Part shown: piece after piece, positions 59,736 through 64,000 of the stretch
Layout: every line of letters starts with the position of its first letter
Position numbering within the stretch: position 1 is the first letter of the stretch
Assembly (NCBI GenBank): GCA_035084275.1
Contig: CM068756.1
Coordinates: 2,976,001-3,040,000 of the forward strand
Direction of reading: 5' to 3'
From: Hydrolagus colliei
Lineage: Eukaryota
DNA length: 64,000 bases
The notes under the pieces: model-generated
What the model saw: the letters and a program-made list of their open reading frames with translations, nothing else
Databases searched by the model: none
What the model was told of the DNA's origin: nothing
Position numbers and translations under genes: made by a program

Positions 59736-62379
59736 TTTTATTATTGAAAAGGATGGATAAAGGCAACATGAGTTATTAATTTAAGCTGTGATCAATACTT
59801 GAGAAAACAAATCTGCTAACGAAGTTCACATAAGACCAGAGATCAGCCGAAATGTATAAACTCTGTTATACATTGTTAACAATGTACTCTTCCTCTGTCC
59901 TCTCTTCCTCCAATTATTGGTGGTTTTGCTATCATTGTTCCATCTTAGAAGAGAAGGCAAGTGTTGTGATAAGGACCGGACTGCATTATACCAAGGAAAT
60001 AGCAACACCCAAGAAGATTCTGTAGTACAGTGTTTAGAATACCTTTGGGTGCTTATTCCTGTGAAACAGCATTGTCCCATTTGAGAGAGAGAGAAGTGTT
60101 CGATTAAAGTCTACTTAAGCCATTGCTATATCAGTGACTAGTTTCACCGCGGCAATGCTGTTTAGATGGTACAAATGATGGCCTTGGTTAGACACAGGAG
60201 GGGAATAAAAGTTTTAACCAAATATTGATTCTGTGCAGTTTCAAACAGCGTAGCACAAAATTGTTAAGTGCAATTGTAAACCAAGCACTCTTTCTGTCAA
60301 GTTCACTTTCTCCAACAAACGTGTACAATTTGCACTGTGTTGAGTTTACTTGCAGAGTTTTTAATTTCCTGAGGGAGGTGAATCATTATGGGCAGCAATT
60401 CCACTTTTTTTTAATAAAAACTGTGCGCAGTTTCTCCTTAACCCTAAGGGTATCAATCTAAAAGTCAACCAATATTTGTTAGTCAATTTAAATACAAAGG
60501 GTCTTAGGCGAGATCAGGTACCTCATCAAAATGTCAGAATTTACCACCAATCGCTTCCAGTAGGATTTATACTAAGATTATAGTGAAATGGTTCATGTTC
60601 TGTGTGGGTTTTGGAGGTGGGCTGTGTGGGGGTGGGGTGGGGGGAGGGAGGGAGGTAAAACTGTTTAATTCCAAATTAAGTTATAAGGGTTTCCTTTTGC
60701 AAAATTACTCTCAGCACTTTGAATACTTTAAATACCAACCGGGCCAAAATTTTCCCACATAGACCCACTGTCTACAGAGTACACCTTGTGCAAATGTGGA
60801 ACGCAAAACCGGTAAAATGATAACTTTGCAGCACAATTTGATCAGTCAAACGTCAGTGAAAAACGGTGAAAGGTTCATACTGGATTGATTTGTGGATGTT
60901 CCACGACATCCAAGCGAAATGATAGCAAGAGGGAAAGATAGCAGTGTGAGATAGTGGAAGTTATTCAGCCAGTGACTTGCAGTTCTAAGGAAGCTTGAAG
61001 TGGTTGTTGAAGCAGGCAACAAAGATTGTGTTTCGGTGATGAATGAGTTGCAGATAAGACTCGAACATTTGAGCGGCTTAAGGATTTCCACAGTCTCTTA
61101 ACAATCTAGCAGCCACACTTCCTCTGCAGCGCAGTCTGCAGTCCTATGTGCTCCACGAAAATCAAGCCACTTGGTGTTCACCATGCACCTCGATTCAATT
61201 GTCAAGTTTGTCAGACTTGTTGTGTCTGATGTGTAGCTTAGGGAGAAGCGATATACTACTGCTCCTTCAACACTTCGCATTAGAGTTGGGTGTGTGAGCT
61301 TGGACTTGCCAGGCAGGGCAGATTTAACAGTTTGAATACAGTTGGTGTTTTGCGAAATATTTGTTTACAAAATCTTAAGCCTTGATATGAGCGGGCTGAT
61401 AACATAATGCGTCATTCTAATTGTTCCCCCGAGCTTGTAACATTCTCTCACTGGGTTGCAGGCGAGGTCGTGCCTCACTGCTGCTTTGGCGGAGATCTTT
61501 ATTCAAGTATCGTCTCTAGATTCATGTAATTGAAGAATTCCTGGCTTTAGTTGCAGAATGTAGGAGTGGAGCAAAAAAAACAATTATTGCCCACTCTTTC
61601 CTTTACCTCTCCGCCCACCCGTCCCCTCCCTTCCCCGTCCTCACCCTCACTCCGAACCACCAGGGTTTAAGTCCACTCATTGTTATTAGAATGCTTTGCA
61701 GAGAGTTGATTGCTAACTCAACACACACTTATTCAAACTCTTGCCAAAGCACTCCCAAATGCACGAGCGTACAGCTCAAGTCACTTATTATCATACCCAA
61801 TTAGTCAACAGAATTTATGGCACAACAGGCAATATATAACTGGGTGGTTTTGTAAACCAAATGACCGGGCAAATCAGAGCGAAACAGACTTGTATTCTAA
61901 TACTGTTTCCTGTGTGACAAAACTGGCCAGTTTAACTCAGAGAGCTGCAAGACATGTGTGCAGTGGTGAAATGTGCGGTTTTCCACCTGCTAATTATCAC
62001 CAAGTGTGCACTGTGAAATGCTTCAGATTTCATCCCGTATTCAATGGATGAAGCTCAGTCACTGGGGGCAGGGATTCTTCCCACACTCGCCTTGTGTTAA
62101 CCCTGCAAACCAAACCCTTATGGCTAAGGTGGTGATCCTAGCTGGACAGCAACAATAACAACAACAAAATTACGTCTGTATAGCGCCTTTCACAGCGGGA
62201 GGACGTCCCAATGTGCTGGACAGTCAGTATTTCAGACCCGAGCTAAGCAGCTTGGAAGCTTGCTAAGCAGTGCTTTCATTGGCAAGCTATGCAGTTTTAG
62301 TTGGTTAAACTTCAGCAGTTAGCCCTCAAGCAAATTGACTCCTTTTTCTCCGTCTTCCCATTTTCCAGGCATAGATCAC

Positions 62380-62640
62380 TCACTGGCTCCTTCACCCAAG
62401 TAGCAACTATATAAATGAATGCGCCTTGATAGAGAATGTTGACAAGCTATTTGCCTGTTGGGAGACATCTCAGCAAAATAGAGCCCAACCCTGGGCTGGC
62501 CACATGTGTAAACATCTGCACCATCCTTACACCGTTGACAGCTACCCGGCTGAGATCAGCTAAGCCAGTACGAGAGAGGGAAGGAAAATGGACTGAAACC
62601 TACCACCTGTATGGCTTAATGCTGCGCTGGGCTACAGCAA
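62380..62640 (-). mobile_element. AmnSINE2-like relic
   Basis: ttcacccaagtagc...aagctatttgcctgt.ggaga.catc.cagc...gagcccaaccctg...ccggctgagatcagctaa...ctgtatggct follows the reverse of the remembered AmnSINE2 consensus colinearly. Confidence 0.65.
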
Positions 62641-62659
62641 GTATAATTTGGATTGAGCT

Positions 62660-62860
62660 TCAGAACTCCCTCCCTCAACGCTAATAACCCTTCAACCCTC
62701 GTTTCCCGTCTTCAGTTTGCGCCTGAAGACCTTTCTCTTTGACCACCGTACTTACGGTCGCCTTCCCCCTCTCTCTGGCTAGGCCTCAGGTTTCACCATT
62801 GTGAAGTCCTTTGAGACGCCGCCTGGCGTGGAGGGCGCTAGATAAATGCATGTTGATGTC
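62660..62860 (+). mobile_element. L2 LINE 3' end and tail
   Basis: aactccctccct...ctgaagacctttctctttgacc (NSLP...LKTFLF), then tgtgaag..ctttgagacg...gggcgct.gataaatgca. Confidence 0.75.
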
Positions 62861-62869
62861 GATATCGAT

Positions 62870-63185
62870 GTTGTGGTTGAGTCTGGTTGTTTGTGAACTT
62901 AAGCTTGAAGTCGCCTTGCATTTCCTGTGGTTACACAACTGGGACGGTAAGTACCAGTTAATGGATAACGTATTTATTGAGGACATTATTGAGGAGGGTG
63001 TCTGTAAGTGGCGGATTGTTCAGGTGGCTAGCTCCTGTAACTTCTGTATTCAGCTCGTCATGTCAGGCTTGGTTGTATTCAGCCGCAGCGGATCGCATAT
63101 CCTTTTTTTTGAAGTAAAAGCTGGAAGATGGTTGAAGCAGTTCAGATCGACATCCCGTGTGCAGGGCAGGATTTGTAAAGTGTAA
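62870..63185 (-). mobile_element. Decayed CR1 ORF2 C-terminal fragment
   Basis: Minus-strand look-alikes YFKKKD, KLQEL(S) and QGDFKLK (cf. PYxKKDI, LxxLSYEERL, TRGHxxKL). Confidence 0.4.
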
Positions 63186-64000
63186 TGGACAATGCACAAC
63201 CTCTTAGAACCAGACATGCCTTTCTCTCCACTAATAGCTTAATCGATTCCTGCTGTATGAGACCGATTAATACATTTTAGAGCACTTATTCTGAGACACT
63301 GCTGCCATTTACAATCAGTGCGTTTCATGTGGATAAAATGGGGGATTCGCCAGTGTTTCCAATTAGAACTTTACCAATTATTTTGTTAGACTTCTCTGTA
63401 CATTTGCACTGATGGTAGCTTGGAATTTTCATTGGAAATGTTTGCCTCCTCTGCTCTGCTCTGCTCTTGCCATAAGGTTAGTCAATTGTGTGCTTGACTT
63501 GTGTTGCATGTTGTGTTGCATCAACATTGTCAAACCTGCTCCAAGCCTAGTCACTCTGCTGACACCCATGCCTCGATGATTTGAGAAGCCACCAGACTTT
63601 CTCCCGAGTTTCTCCTGGCTAAGCAACACAAAACCAAAAAAGTATTCTATATGAGTATCACAAAGCCATGTATCAATCTTGACCAGGATTCAATCCTAAG
63701 TCTTTTGTATCCGTGAGTCCTGGGCTTGATATATATATATATATGGTTGTTTGCGGACTTTGCTACAATTGGCTGCAGCATTTGCCTACAAAGTCCACTC
63801 TCAATACACTTTAGAGTAAATCCTTCTGAAACAATTCAAGTCGTACCCCCGACATGAAAGATGCATATTAAATGTAAGGAATACTCACACAAGTCTATGT
63901 GAATGGACACAGATGATGAGACATGGACAGGGATCATAGAGCAGTTTATGCCTTGAATTCCTTGTGAGCTCCCACCCCCCCCCCACCCCCATCCTGTTGC

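Noticed and set aside
60846-61290. L2-like RT fragment on the minus strand
   Set aside because: Only faint look-alikes (YRFSL, ITET); too weak to list as a feature.
1-64000. The supplied ORFs as protein-coding genes
   Set aside because: All are 156 aa or shorter and many start at TTG/GTG. They overlap SINEs, microsatellites or C/G runs, and the recurring peptides (e.g. IQSIHFTVYSVK) are just SINE translations. No recognisable cellular protein exon was found.

Overview
This is non-coding vertebrate genomic DNA. The repeat content points to a cartilaginous fish, probably a chimaera such as the elephant shark; this is inferred from the SINE/LINE families and not verified. I find no intact protein-coding gene, rRNA, true tRNA gene or CRISPR array, and almost all supplied ORFs are chance frames or pieces of repeats. 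The window is dominated by a young ~310-340 bp tRNA-headed SINE with an (ATT)n tail: about 10 near-full-length copies plus dozens of 3'-tail fragments. It also holds older Deu-domain SINEs sharing the same 3' tail, AmnSINE2-like relics, CR1 and L2 LINE fragments, decayed L1-like sequence, and fossil DNA transposons (Harbinger-, Kolobok- and hAT-like). Between the repeats are repeat-free, homeodomain/FOX-motif-rich blocks that look like enhancers, and a CpG-rich block ending in a consensus splice donor (33393). Together these suggest a large intron or regulatory desert of a developmental gene. The most notable directly visible oddities are a perfect 34-bp inverted copy pasted into a SINE tail (41037-41070 / 41424-41457), a perfect 23-bp-arm palindrome (57048-57095), and a 91-bp insert with a 14-bp duplication inside a SINE (21957-22075). 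The most interesting inferred item is a two-gene Kolobok-like relic with a KolX/P2X7-ballast-like fragment. I see no convincing new biological system. Family names come from remembered consensus motifs, not database searches, and repeat boundaries are approximate (about +/-20 bp).
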